A stretch of 36,508 nucleotides of DNA. Origin: Octopus bimaculoides. Taxonomy: Eukaryota. Of this stretch, positions 20,950 through 32,379 are shown piece after piece. Made by a program: the position numbers and the translations under genes. The notes beneath the pieces were generated by a model. The model saw only the letters and a list, made by a program, of their open reading frames with translations. It did no database searches and was not told where the DNA came from. How positions within the stretch are numbered: position 1 is the first letter of the stretch; each line of letters begins with the position of its first letter. The stretch lies in NCBI RefSeq assembly GCF_001194135.2, contig NC_069001.1, positions 37,409,836 to 37,446,343 of the forward strand. Direction: 5' to 3'.

Positions 20950-21525
20950 AAACGTAGATGGCCTTTTTATGCAACATCCACAAGTAATTGTGTAAGGATT
21001 TTCCCTGGTCAGAGTGAATCCTTTAGGATTCTTGAGTGTTCAGTTATGCATAACTTGCAACACTTTGTTCCGTTGATGTAGGAGCCTGGGTTCTCAAGGA
21101 TTTTCCATGAGACCGAGTATGGAATCCCATCATCTCTTAGTTACCAGACGTGGCTCGCCAGTGATGTTATGCACCTCCTTTCCAGAACGCTGAAGGAGGG
21201 CTTGTGGGTGTAGAGATGCTGCTTGGAAGAGTTCCCGGAACCTCCAATGCTTCTCCTTGGGTGTGTGTTGTTGGTGTTGGTGTTGTTACGGCCGACACCG
21301 TTGTTACTAGATCTGGGACTGCTGGTATTGGCATCACTGGAAGTGGTGGCGGCATTGGTAATGGTATCGCCACTATCGGTTATGGTGAAGGCTCTGTTGT
21401 TGTTATTGTGGTCCTTATCATTGATGGGAGAGCTGCCATTGCTGCTAGAGGTGTCAGCTGTGGTTCCGCTAGAGCCGACTGTTGCTGCTGCTGCTGCTGC
21501 TGCTATAGGGGTTGTCACCAACAGG
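20950..21525 (-). mobile_element. Penelope-like element GIY-YIG endonuclease fragment
   Basis: SIGGSGNSSKQHLYTHKPSF...TSLASHVW*LRDDGIPYSVSWKILENPGSYINGTKCCKLCITEH, resembling YIG..FK.R...HK.SF..T.LS.HVW.LK...WKIL...KxCxLC; preceded in frame by a ~90-aa S/T/N/A-rich stretch. Confidence 0.8.
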
Positions 21526-21531
21526 GAAAGA

Positions 21532-22300
21532 AGCAGAGGACTACTGGCCAAGGCGCTTTCTGTCACTATGGACTTCACTGACCTTAGCCAGAGAGATATA
21601 TAAGTCATTATGCATGCCAGAAAGACAGTGCTGTTCAACAATGGTTCAGTATGGGTCAAGCAATCCAACCCCATGGGCTCCTCTGATGTAGTGACAGGAG
21701 CCTTGGACAGCGCTGATGTATGCAACCTCATCAGGTTGTATATCCTCAATACCCTTAGGAAAAAGTTCCCTTCTGTCCTATTTGGCCTCTACAGAGATGA
21801 CGCCCTGCCCATCTCTAGGGGAACAAATGGGCATACACTACACAGACTTAGAAAAGATTTAATCAGCAAAAATCCCATGGAGGCAAGTGCAAAAACTTTG
21901 AAATTGAAGTATTCAAGATGTGTTGCATGAAGGTGGAAACCTCACCAGTAATAATTGGAGCATGATAAACAAAAACATATGAACAAAAATGTAGAAGCTA
22001 TACCTGGGGCCTTCAACACTACACACTATCCAAAAATTAGCCCTGTTAGGAATAACCTACATCCTATGCAAGACACTATCAATTCAATAATAAAACCTAA
22101 ACAAAACAATCCAAAAACACAAGACATACTCTATATAGCAAATATCCAATAAAATAAACAACCACCAACAGGCTAAGTAACCAACAAAAGAATACAACTC
22201 TCATTACACACACGACACAATACAAACAATAATGCAACAAAAGACTGCAACTAGACCCCATAACAAAACAAACTAATGCAATACAATACTGGGAAGAGTT
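21532..22300 (+). mobile_element. Penelope-like element RT core (21532-21870) plus degenerate RT-EN linker
   Basis: LLAKALSVTMDFTDLSQRDI*VIMHARKTVLFNNGSVWVKQ...DSADVCNLIRLYILN...GLYRDDAL...RLRKDLI (PLE YRDD motif at 21790-21801). The linker (KTYS..NKINNH..KDCN) is only weakly recognisable. Confidence 0.8.
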
Positions 22301-22414
22301 TGCACTCTCCCAACCACAGAAAAGGACCCACAATGCTGCACACACCTCAGAAACATGAATGTGTAGTAAGAATTTAAATGGATATAAATTAATTTATTAA
22401 CATATTGTTAATTA

Positions 22415-22483
22415 AGCCTACAATTGTTTCAATTTGCACTCAATACAAATTATGAACCTATTGAGTAAAATATCATCAGGGCC
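22415..22483 (-). ncRNA. Type I hammerhead ribozyme motif adjacent to the PLE, ACAAUUGU palindrome
   Basis: GGCC-CUGAUGA-U-AUUUUACUCAAUA...UAUUGAGUGCAAAU-U-GAAA-CAAUUG-UA^GGCU; core intact, 4-bp stem I, cleavage between 22419 and 22418. Confidence 0.75.
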
Positions 22484-22552
22484 AATGGACATTAAAAAAG
22501 TACATGTTGATCAATTGAGATTCTCCAACAGAGGTTAATATATCCTTGCAGT

Positions 22553-22621
<69 letters not shown>

Positions 22622-23738
22622 GATATGATATGTAAAGGTATAATCCAGGGATCCCGTCGTAGGAAGTTAGTAAGCTTCAAACAGTCCGTGGTAGGTATAA
22701 AAAACGCCTTTCAGGAACAATAATTGTTTATTTGAATAGAACATTGTAGGTTTTTTTATTGAAGTTTGAGAAGCTGAAAAAAGTTCCATGATATAATTCA
22801 TGGTTAGCAACTAGGTTCCTATGAATGTGAATTTATTGTGTGTGTGTGTGTGTGTGTGTAAATAGTAAGGGATTACCCCAAATGTTTATCAGTTTGCTCT
22901 CAGTTAGGTATTTAAAATAGGTTATTCAACAGTTAAAATGTAATTTCAATAATATTCTTATAAGATATTCCTAATAGTCCTTATCAGTATTATTGTTGAT
23001 GTGTGTGTGTGTAAACAGAAAAATGTATATGTGATCTTGTAGTTAAACCTGATAGTTTTCACCTAAAGTCAATGTTCCTATGTCTAGAATGTTACCAGTG
23101 TTTATTATGTAAACATACAAAGCCCAAGTAATCTCTGCCATTTTATAAACACAAAAGATTCACACACAAACCAGTCATTGAAACTTTCAAATAATCCCAT
23201 CCAACACTTTGTATTGTTTTGCACACAATACTTGAAATCTAGACTGGAAATTGTGCATTACATGCCGCACCCTGTCTTCAAGGACTGACATAATTTTCTA
23301 ATGAATTGTAATGTTTAGTACGTTTCTCTTTGAGGTGTCTCTGAAGGGAATAACTGAATCATTGAATGTCAAGTAACCAAGCAGGCCACGACAAGTCACC
23401 CTGCTTGCAAATGAAATATTGCTGTCAAATATTTCTTTAGCTAAAATGTTACCCAATAATGTTGAGAGTGTGACCTTGCCGTCATGTAGTTAACGTCAGG
23501 AAAATATGTCTTACATATAATAATTATAATTTGATTTCTATCAGATTTCTTGGTTTTTATACAAAATGAAATCAATATGAATTTTCTAAAAGAAATATAT
23601 TCATTACTTTGAAATTAATTTAAATAAAACAAATTTCTGTCATTAATGTGAATGTTCGGATGTGTCAAAGCATGACGCCTCACCCACCATTTCAGATCTG
23701 CTTTGCACATTTGAGATTTATGTCATGGTTGAATTATG

Positions 23739-23900
23739 GTGCGGGCTTGGCTGTGTGCTAAGAATTTTGCTTCCCAACCACAAGGCTTTACGGTTCAGTC
23801 CTGCTGTGTGACACCTATAACCTCATGCTGCCAAAGCTTTGTCAATTGATTTGGTAAATGGAAATTTAAAAAAGCCTGACTGACATCCATACATACATAC
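23739..23900 (+). mobile_element. Partial SINE family C
   Basis: TGGCTGTGTGCTAAGAATTTTGCTTCCCAACCACA..GGTTCAGTCC head, then CCAAAGCTTTGT..GATTTGGTA.ATGGAAA. Confidence 0.7.
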
Positions 23901-24073
23901 ATGCATGCATGGGGCCCTGGGATATGTATGAAATGTATAGAAGCGTAGGGTTATATAAAGTTGTTAGCCTGAATTTGATGTTTGTTCTCTAATCAATGAT
24001 TTATGTATGTATATATATATATATAATGAAAATACTGTCTACGATGTTCCATAAATATATATTAGTTGTAGTG

Positions 24074-24146
24074 CCCATGCTGAAGAGAATACAGATGGCA
24101 AATTATTTCATTTGTTCATTGATGTTCGAAACCTAGGTACATGTGG
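24074..24146 (+). ncRNA. Fully canonical type I hammerhead ribozyme, ACCUAGGU palindrome
   Basis: CCCAUG-CUGAAGA-GAAUAC...GAUGUUC-GAAA-CCUAGG-UA^CAUG-U-GG: all conserved core positions, G10.1-C11.1, long bulged stem II, GUA cleavage after 24139. Confidence 0.85.
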
Positions 24147-24285
24147 TAACTATTGAAAATGTTTTTTTTTATTTTTCATCCCTTTCAAAATTACTCTTAA
24201 CTGTGGTCTGGGGTTTGACTGTTCCTTTTAGCATGTAAGATGTCCTGTTAGGCTCACCTCTTTTGTGTATAGTATAAATGTACAC

Positions 24286-24320
<35 letters not shown>

Positions 24321-24528
24321 NNNNNNNNNNNNNNNNNNNNNNNNNNNNNNNNNNNNNNNNNNNNNNNNNNNNNNNNNNNNNNNNNNNNNNNNNNNNNNNN
24401 NNNNNNNNNNNNNNNNNNNNNNNNNNNNNNNNNNNNNNNNNNNNNNNNNNNNNNNNNNNNNNNNNNNNNNNNNNNNNNNNNNNNNNNNNNNNNNNNNNNN
24501 NNNNNNNNNNNNNNNNNNNNNNNNNTAC

Positions 24529-24568
<40 letters not shown>

Positions 24569-24581
24569 ATGTGTGTGTGTG

Positions 24582-24622
<41 letters not shown>

Positions 24623-25115
24623 AAAGAGAGAGAGAGAGAGATGGATGCATATATATGTTTGTGTATGCATATATACATACATGTATATATTTCCTGTCCA
24701 ATGTTATAACATTAATAGAATGCAAGAATATAAGAAACATTACTACACACAGTAACAATCTGTTATCCCCCTCCATTCCCTTATTCCTCTATTCCTCCAT
24801 TCCGTCATTCTTCCTCTTCTTGTCTTACCAAATCTATTGCCACTGAAAGAGTTACAATGTTCTATATATTGCCATTTGTACTCAAAGAAACAGTTCACAA
24901 GAACGATCATCACAAAAGCCAGAAATACATCAAAATTTAATCAAACAATTGCTGATCTTGACTCAGTTGTTTCTTTAGAAAGCAGACGTTATTACACAAT
25001 CTTTCAAATTTGTGTTTTTGTGGTGTTTGTTGATGAATAGAAATTATAGCCTGAGTCTCATTGTTCTCATTGTTGGCTGCAGACAGGTTTCTGATCCCTG
25101 TTGTCACCTGTGATA

Positions 25116-25290
25116 TTAACCCTTTCGATTCTAACTTGCCTGAGATTGCCCTTCGTTTTAAGATACAAACTTCTCATTTTAAAATGATCAACATTGAAAA
25201 TCCTCATCCAAGCTTCATGTTAGTTTATGTTCCAAGCACCATTTTAATAATGGTTTCAAATTTTGGCAGAGGACCAGTATCTAAAAAAAA
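25116..25290. mobile_element. Possible piggyBac-like MITE fragment
   Basis: Begins TTAA-CCCTTTCG; no clear right TIR. Confidence 0.3.
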
Positions 25291-25584
25291 TTTCTATTTA
25301 TTTATTTTGAGAGGGGAGGGGGAAGCCAATTACTTTGACCCCACCACTTGACTTTTATTGATCCTGAAAGGACAAAAAGGCAAAGTCAACCTCGGCAGAA
25401 CACCATCTTAATAATCTTTTATTTTCTACTTGTTTNNNNNNNNNNNNNNNNNNNNNNNNNNNNNNNNNNNNNNNNNNNNNNNNNNNNNNNNNNNNNNNNN
25501 NNNNNNNNNNNNNNNNNNNNNNNNNNNNNNNNNNNNNNNNNNNNNNNNNNNNNNNNNNNNNNNNNNNNNNNNNNNNNNNTTATT

Positions 25585-25679
25585 TAAACCTGGTATTCAG
25601 TTTATCTGAATTTTTTCCTGAGCTTCTAAGTTATGGGACATAAACACACCAACACCAGTCATCAAGTGGAGATGGGGGA

Positions 25680-25735
<56 letters not shown>

Positions 25736-25897
25736 GAGTTTCTCTCAGTTTCCATCTACCAAATCCACTCACATTGCTTTGCTCAGCCCAAGGTTAGAGT
25801 TGAGGACACTTGCCTAAGGTTCCATGCTGTGGAACTGAACTCAGAACTATGTGTTTGGAAAGCAAACTTCTTACCACACAGCTACATTTGTGCCTAA
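25585..25897 (-). mobile_element. tRNA-derived SINE, family C
   Basis: Reverse complement aligns with 28110-28520; (CA)n centre. Confidence 0.8.
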
Positions 25898-26386
25898 AAG
25901 CCATGCCTCCTACCCCTATAATAATATTTATTTATTAAAGTGTTCATTATTTCCAAAGCTAATTCAAACAGAAGCAGAAATGTAATGAGTGTGGTATGGC
26001 TAGTGAGAATTTGCAGATTCAGTTTCAAATCTTGAGCAGGCAGGGCCAAATGAGGTTTTACAGAAATATGCTAACAATGGGACCTGAGAATAGACAGTAA
26101 CAATGGTGCAATCTTTCTACCCCTCACATCCTGTCAAGTCATCCAACCAAAACCAGCTTGGAAGACAGATGTTAAAAGATGACACCTCCTCCTCCAATAG
26201 TTAGGAAAAAAAGAAAATGAATGTACATCTTTTGTAGATGTGGGTCAAAAAATACTTCAGCCTCAATATGCTGTCATTTTCTCTTTTTTTTATGACCAAA
26301 TTAAATGTAGAAATAGTGCAAGGAACAAAAGATACTTTCAGGTTTGTGTTTAAAATACATTTCTGAACAGTTTTATGTTTTTAAAG

Positions 26387-26925
26387 TTATCTCTCCAGAT
26401 TTTCTTTAGAAACTCGAGCCAACACTGAAAGTTACAATGTTTCATATATGAATACGTCTAATGTAAACAATGCAATCAAAGATAGGGGAAAATAGGCTAA
26501 AGATGTCTATGCATAATTTAGAAGTTCTTGCTCCTTTTCCAGCACCACATCCGACCCATTAACCATCCACCAACACGTTGCTTAAGCAGCCACCAAATAT
26601 AGCAGAGTGTAACACAATAGGATTACACCAATTTCACATATTAAACACATTCCTAACAACTGGCATGTACCTATTAATTGCTGGTAGGAACATCATATTT
26701 CATTATGCAACCATAACATGCTATGAAGTATATTAAAGGCTGACAAGTCAATACAGTGTCTGACTATTGTGTTAGCTGTACCATTCAATCACGTTTGAAA
26801 GCTATCTCTACAAACTTTCTATAGAAATTAGAGCCTGTATTGAAAGTTATAATGTTTCATATACGAATACATTTATGTATACACTGAAGACAGAAACAAA
26901 AGGCTATAGGTGTATATGCCTTTCA
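26387..26925 (+). repeat. About 1.3 units of a 415-bp tandem repeat with an exon-like cassette (26522-26662)
   Basis: Units start at 26387 and 26802; homologous to 5200-5670 (-); short related piece at about 24843-24870. Confidence 0.75.
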
Positions 26926-27167
26926 CATTGTTTTCATCATTGTAGCTTTGTCCTCATGTGTCAACTGAACTTAAGGACACACTTTCAGACTGTTTAAGTT
27001 CTCTGTTAAATGAATGTCTGTTTGAATGAATCCAAGAAAATGTTGTGTTGTGTTCATAACTATAGAATCAGTCTTTAAAGACTTGGAGTCCATGAAATAT
27101 AATTGTTGTTTGTGTCAGAAAATACAGTAAAACAATCAAAGGGAAAAGTATTTTGGATTGATTTACA

Positions 27168-27260
27168 GGTATGGCTGTGTAGTTAAGAAGTTTCCTGCCT
27201 AACCACATAGTTTGGGGTTCAGTCTTACTGTGCGGTACCTTGGGAAAGTGACTGGGCCAA
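27168..27260 (+). mobile_element. SINE family C head fragment
   Basis: TGGCTGTGTAGTTAAGAAGTTTCCTGCCTAACCACAT..GGTTCAGTCTTACTG..GGTACCTTGGGAAAGTG. Confidence 0.65.
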
Positions 27261-27299
27261 CCAAAATAACACTGACATCTCATTTTAACAGATATATTT

Positions 27300-28061
27300 A
27301 CCAAAATTACTTTAAAATATCTTGAAACTCTCAAGAGTAAATTTATTTAATAAAATTTCCATTGGCATCAACCACGGTCTCCAGACGACTTTGGAACCTC
27401 CTGCAACTCTTCTGGACGGTCTCCTTGTTGAAGTTGCTGAATGCTGCCATAATCCTTGCCTTCAGTTCATCTTTGGTGTTAGAAAGAGTTTTGTTGGTCT
27501 GTCATTCAATTCCTCCCCACACATAATAAAGGGGGTTGCAGTCTAGGGTGTTAGGTGGCCAGATGTTCGGGGTGATGTGGTCGCAGAAATTGTCTGACAG
27601 CCATGACTGAGTTCTCCTGGCGTAGTGCAGATTCCTGTTGCCAGACACAGAGTCTTCTAGCAGCCATCCTCTTGATCCAAGGCAGCAGTACCTCTTTCAG
27701 GCACTTGATATAGGCCTCCATGTTGAGTCAGAGGCCATATGGGAAGATGACTGGAGGCTTAATGTCACCATCACTCGTGATCACTCCAAACACCATGATG
27801 TTGACTGGATGTTTGATTTTTATCACTCTCAGTAATGTTTTGGGGATACAGCAAGGCTACAGTTGTTTTGTGTGATCATCATCTGTTCGTAATGGAGCTT
27901 CCGACGCAAATGCCAAGCAGTACAGCATGTCATTTCCAAATTTCTGGCAGAGAGAATTGCGTCATGGTGTTGTTTTTCTCACAGATGGTGCCCAACTGAC
28001 CCTACTGAACATGCACAAAATTAAAGATATAAAATGGCAACAATTTACCCATTGCACCCTG
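27300..28061 (-). mobile_element. Internally deleted Tc1/mariner (DD37D, maT-type) transposon
   Basis: KHPVNIMVFGVITSDG, WQQESA, SWLSDNFCDHITPNIWPPNTLDCNPLYYVWG, NTKDELKARI; reconstructed D-D spacing 37; terminus TA-CAGGGTG at 28061. Confidence 0.85.
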
Positions 28062-28109
<48 letters not shown>

Positions 28110-28111
<2 letters not shown>

Positions 28112-28520
28112 TGCAGGAGTGGCTTTGAGGTAAGAAGCTTGCTTTCCAACCACATGGTTCCAAGTTCAGTCCCATTGCATGGCACCTTGGGCAAGTGTTT
28201 TCTACTATAGCCTTGGACCAACCAAAACTTTGTGAGTGGGTTTAGTTGATGAAAGACGCCCGTCGTATATATATGTATATGTGTGTGAGTGTGTGTGTGC
28301 GTTTGTGTGTGTATGTATGTATGTATTTGTTTTTGTCATACACCCCCTCCCATCGCTTGATAACCAATATTGTTGTGTTTCTGTCCCTGTAACTTAGCGG
28401 TTCAACAAAAGAGACCGATGGAATAAGTACTAGGTTTGCAATGAATAAGTCGATTTGTTCGACTAAAGGCGGTGCTCCAGCATGGCCACAGTCAAATGAC
28501 TGAAACAAGTAAAAGAGTAA
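28110..28520 (+). mobile_element. Near full-length tRNA-derived SINE, family C
   Basis: GCAGGAGTGGCT..GGTAAG A box, GTTCAGTCCC B-box-like, central (GT)/(GTAT)n, tail GGCGGTGCTCCAGCATGGCCACAGTCAAATGACTGAAACAAGTAAAAGA. Confidence 0.9.
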
Positions 28521-28538
28521 CAGAATATAGATAGATGA

Positions 28539-28575
<37 letters not shown>

Positions 28576-28923
28576 TGGATCTAGACATATACATACATGT
28601 ATATCTTAATATATGCTGATGATGGTGGTGATGGTTACAATGATGATGATGGTGCTGTTGTTACATACCTCAAGCATTTAGTAGAATTAAAAATTTATGA
28701 TTTCCCCCAACTCTTACACACGTATACCTCATCAGTTCATGTGCACCTGCATTTGGTAACACTCCCCACCACCACCACCACCACCACCACCTCCCACTCC
28801 AAAGGCTAAGTTTCCTCTTGCACTACACAACATGCACAGACTCTCTCTTTTTCTCTCCCTCTCTCTCAATCCCTCAATCTATCTGTCTATCTGCCTCTGC
28901 ATGCACATGTGTGTGTGTCTTTG

Positions 28924-28974
<51 letters not shown>

Positions 28975-29689
28975 CTATCTGCCTGTCTCTGAGTGCACTT
29001 GTGTGTGTTTGTTTGTCTCTGTCCCTCTCTCTCCCTATATATTTATGTGAAATCTACCTTTCTTTGTGTATCTCTCTCTCTCTCTGCTCCCCTCCCCCAG
29101 ACACCTACACACAGTTCTCTATCAACCAGTGAAGAAACGTTGGTGCCATGTTACCATAAGAAAGCCTGCTGTTGTGTGTCTGTCTTTCATAACGATACTT
29201 CACTTCTGACACTTAATCACTTAATTTCACAAAGATACCTATACAAATATAGGCATGTTCATACATCTACCCACCCACATACCCTTTACGTCTTCATGTG
29301 GATGTGAGTGTATATAAAAACAACAGCATCAGCACCAAACAGTGATTAGGAATAAATGAGTTTCAGAATAAATGAGTTTCAGATTAGTTAAAATATGTTT
29401 GTGACATATTTTAAACTTCTAAAGGTAAATTCCCTTTTTGATTACGGGGGAGTATGGGCCTACTTGCCTGGCTAGCAGGGTGTCAACATTCGCAGGCTAA
29501 AACAATGCAAAGCGCATTGTGACCAGCGATGTGTAACATCATCTGATAGTCTTGTTGGTCATGTGATCACATGAAAAGCAAATTCTCTGCTGTTACCATG
29601 GAGAAAAAAATTGTCCCTTGTGGTAAAAGGTGTAAAGAACGCCGTATCTACCCAATGCTTCCTTCTCGTGGGAAATTTCATCAAAACAA

Positions 29690-29945
29690 AAGCTTTAACT
29701 AAAAAACTTTCTGTCTCCATGGCAACTGCAGTGAATTTGCCTTTAGAAGTTTGAATATGTCTCTTGGAGAATGGAGACACAACTTTCTAAAAGAGAAAAT
29801 CAGGGAGTAGTAACCAATGAGGCTACCTCCACGGAATTGCAAATAATGCATGGAGTCTCACAGGTCACTGCTTTGGGGGCCACTGCTGTTCGTAATGCCC
29901 CTCTTATACATGCCTTCAGCTGCTCAGATAGCCAGCCTTTAGAAA
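29690..29945 (+). mobile_element. Degenerate CR1/L2-like RT fragment
   Basis: GEW.HNFLKE.NQGVVTNEATSTELQIMHGVSQ.TALG / PLLFVM: the GVPQG.VLGPLLF motif across frameshifts. Confidence 0.7.
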
Positions 29946-30838
29946 ATCAGGTAAAAAAAAAAATACCCCTATAGACAGAAAAAAAGTGGCCAACAGCTGC
30001 TACAAAGAATTGAACTCTCTACCTTTATCCAATACACATGCTTATTCCAACACAGATGCATGTGCACTCACATACAAAGTCCCCCACAAAAATGTCTCCA
30101 CACTCCAGGAAAGGTAAAACCTGTATAAACATTTAAATTCAATGTTATTGCAATTTATTCCGTGTTATCACAATTTCATAAAACATTAAAAGAGGTATTT
30201 ATATTTATTGGGATACTTATACGAGCTAAATATTTATACAAGTTTTTTTCCTTTCTTGAAGTGTGTATACATTTATTTGGTAGACTCTGTATATGTATAC
30301 ATGCATACATACATATACACAAGTCATGTATGTTCATATATACACACAAAAATGTGTACTCACATAGCTAAGATGGTAACATCAATACAGAGAGATGCAC
30401 ACAAGCACTCACCCTATGAATACATACTCATAGACTTATGTTTATAAACTTATATATGGGTTATATATCAGCCTGCTCGCCAACCAATGGGGTGACATCA
30501 TTTGAAAGTGAAAGTGACCGGCAATGTATAACAACATGTGATAACCTGGTTGATAGTGTGAAAATAACTACCTCTAAGCCCAGTCAGCAAGCTGGATGAC
30601 TCATTAGCGTATCAGAGAACATGCGAAACAGTATTTCTTGTGATTCTTTACATTCTCAGCTCTAATCCCACCAAGGTTAGTTTCACTTTTTACCCTTTCA
30701 AGATAACAAAATAAACTACAGCGAAGGAGTGGGATTGATGTAAATGGCTAGCACCACTTCTTTCTCTCAAATTTCTGGCTTTGTACCAGAATTTGGAAGA
30801 ATTATTGTTGTTATTATTATTATTATTATTATTATTGT

Positions 30839-31075
30839 GAAGGCAGTAAGCTGGCAGAATCGGTAGCACACCAGGCAGAATGCTTAGAAGCATTTCGTCT
30901 AGCTTTACGTACTGGGTTCTAATTCCGCTGAAGTTGACTTTACCTTTCATCCTTTCGGGGGCAATAAATTAAGTACCAGTGAAACACTGGGGACGATTAA
31001 ATAGATTAGTCCCCTCCCCCAAAATGTCAGGCCTTGTGCCAATAGTAGAAAGGATTATTATTATTATTATTATTG
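30839..31075 (+). mobile_element. tRNA-derived SINE, family A
   Basis: AAGGCAGTAAGCTGGCAGAATCGGTAGC head, GGTTCTAATTCC B-box-like, (ATT)n tail; inserted after an (ATT)n tract. Confidence 0.85.
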
Positions 31076-31616
31076 TTTTTATCCTCCAACTCTTCTTCTT
31101 CTCCTCCTCTTCCTCCTTCTTCCCTTCCTCTTCTCCTCTTCCTCTTCTTCTTTAAAGAAACTTTGGGAAAGTTTAATTTTTCTTCCTTTCAAAAAACATT
31201 TATTATTCTCAAAATGCTTTAAATCTAATTTAAAAACCATGAAGTATGAAAGGGTTTTTTTTTCTTTTTTTTTTTTGAGTANNNNNNNNNNNNNNNNNNN
31301 NNNNNNNNNNNNNNNNNNNNNNNNNNNNNNNNNNNNNNNNNNNNNNNNNNNNNNNNNNNNNNNNNNNNNNNNNNNNNNNNNNNNNNNNNNNNNNNNNNNN
31401 NNNNNNNNNNNNNNNNNNNNNNNNNNNNNNNNNNNNNNNNNNNNNNNNNNNNNNNNNNNNNNNNNNNNNNNNNNNNNNNNNNNNNNNNNNNNNNNNNNNN
31501 NNNNNNNNNNNNNNNNNNNNNNNNNNNNNNNNNNNNNNNNNNNNNNNNNNNNNNNNNNNNNNNNNNNNNNNNNNNNNNNNNNNNNNNNNNNNNNNNNNNN
31601 NNNNNNNNNNNNNNNN

Positions 31617-31860
31617 GTGGTGGTGGCAGCAACCAATTGTAGTACCAATGGTGACAGGGGTTATGTAAGTGGTGACGCTGATGGTGGTGGTGATGATGGT
31701 TTTGGCAATAGTGGTGGTGGCAGTGGTGGTTTTGTGCTATAATGGGGTTAGTGGTTGTAGCAGAGACCAATGGTAATGGGAGTTGTTGGTGGAGGTGATG
31801 GTGGTGATGATAGCAGTGGTGGTGGTGGCAGAAGTGGTGGTGGTGGTGGTGATGGTGGTG
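31617..31860. repeat. Degenerate (GGT/GAT)n trinucleotide tract
   Basis: GGTGGT/GATGGT runs; source of the Gly-rich and His-rich spurious ORFs. Confidence 0.8.
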
Positions 31861-32379
31861 TGTTCTTGTTTAACCCAGGCCAACCCCAGTTCAGTAGACC
31901 TATGATCAATGCCACTCCACCTCTGACCCCACCCCCACCTCTGACACCCCTACCCTACTGTATCTAGATCTAAATGTTTTCCTACATTTTAGATAGTAGA
32001 AAGTGATTTAAGGGACATTTGGCTGCTAGTTCTACTAAAGCAGCCTCACATTGTTAAACCCATTCATGACCTCACCATCTTTCTCTCAGACATTGCATAT
32101 CTTGGACTGCAATGCATAATATGTCCTTCTCTTCTCAAGATTGCAGAGCAAGATTTAAGGGTCTTGACTGCTATTTCTAGCTGAATGCATTAAGTGGAAA
32201 TCACCTTGTTCCTAGCATTTGGACCAAGTCTCTTGTTTCAGGATCACCTCCATGTTTGCTCGCACTAACCCCAGTGGTCTCAAAGAAGAAAGGGCATGCC
32301 TGCCCTTTTCTCTGCCTAATAAAAAAAAAACAACAATAAAAAAACAATTAAAAAACAATTAAAAATACCCCACAATTCC

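Larger units (their letters stand above)
2258..31616. other. Assembly gaps: 2258-2371, 8196-8205, 10877-11163, 16271-16717, 24321-24525, 25436-25579, 31282-31616
   Basis: Runs of N, several abutting microsatellites. Confidence 1.

Noticed and set aside
20940-20960. GAAACGTA (also 29133 GAAACGTT, 23322 minus GAAACGTA, 19147 minus GAAACGCGTT)
   Set aside because: Palindromic stem III-like words without an upstream core; expected by chance.
21204-21603. Plus-strand hydrophobic or Gly/Val-rich ORFs suggesting a membrane protein
   Set aside because: Antisense shadows of the low-complexity PLE nuclease stretch, running into the PLE RT.
27260-27345. GAAA-CTCT-CA-AGAG-TA resembling a hammerhead stem III
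   Set aside because: No intact CUGANGA or stem I; lies in the subterminal region of the mariner element.
32250-32330. Plus-strand acceptor with ITSMFARTNPSGLKEERA frame
   Set aside because: No donor; runs into poly-A and SINE sequence.
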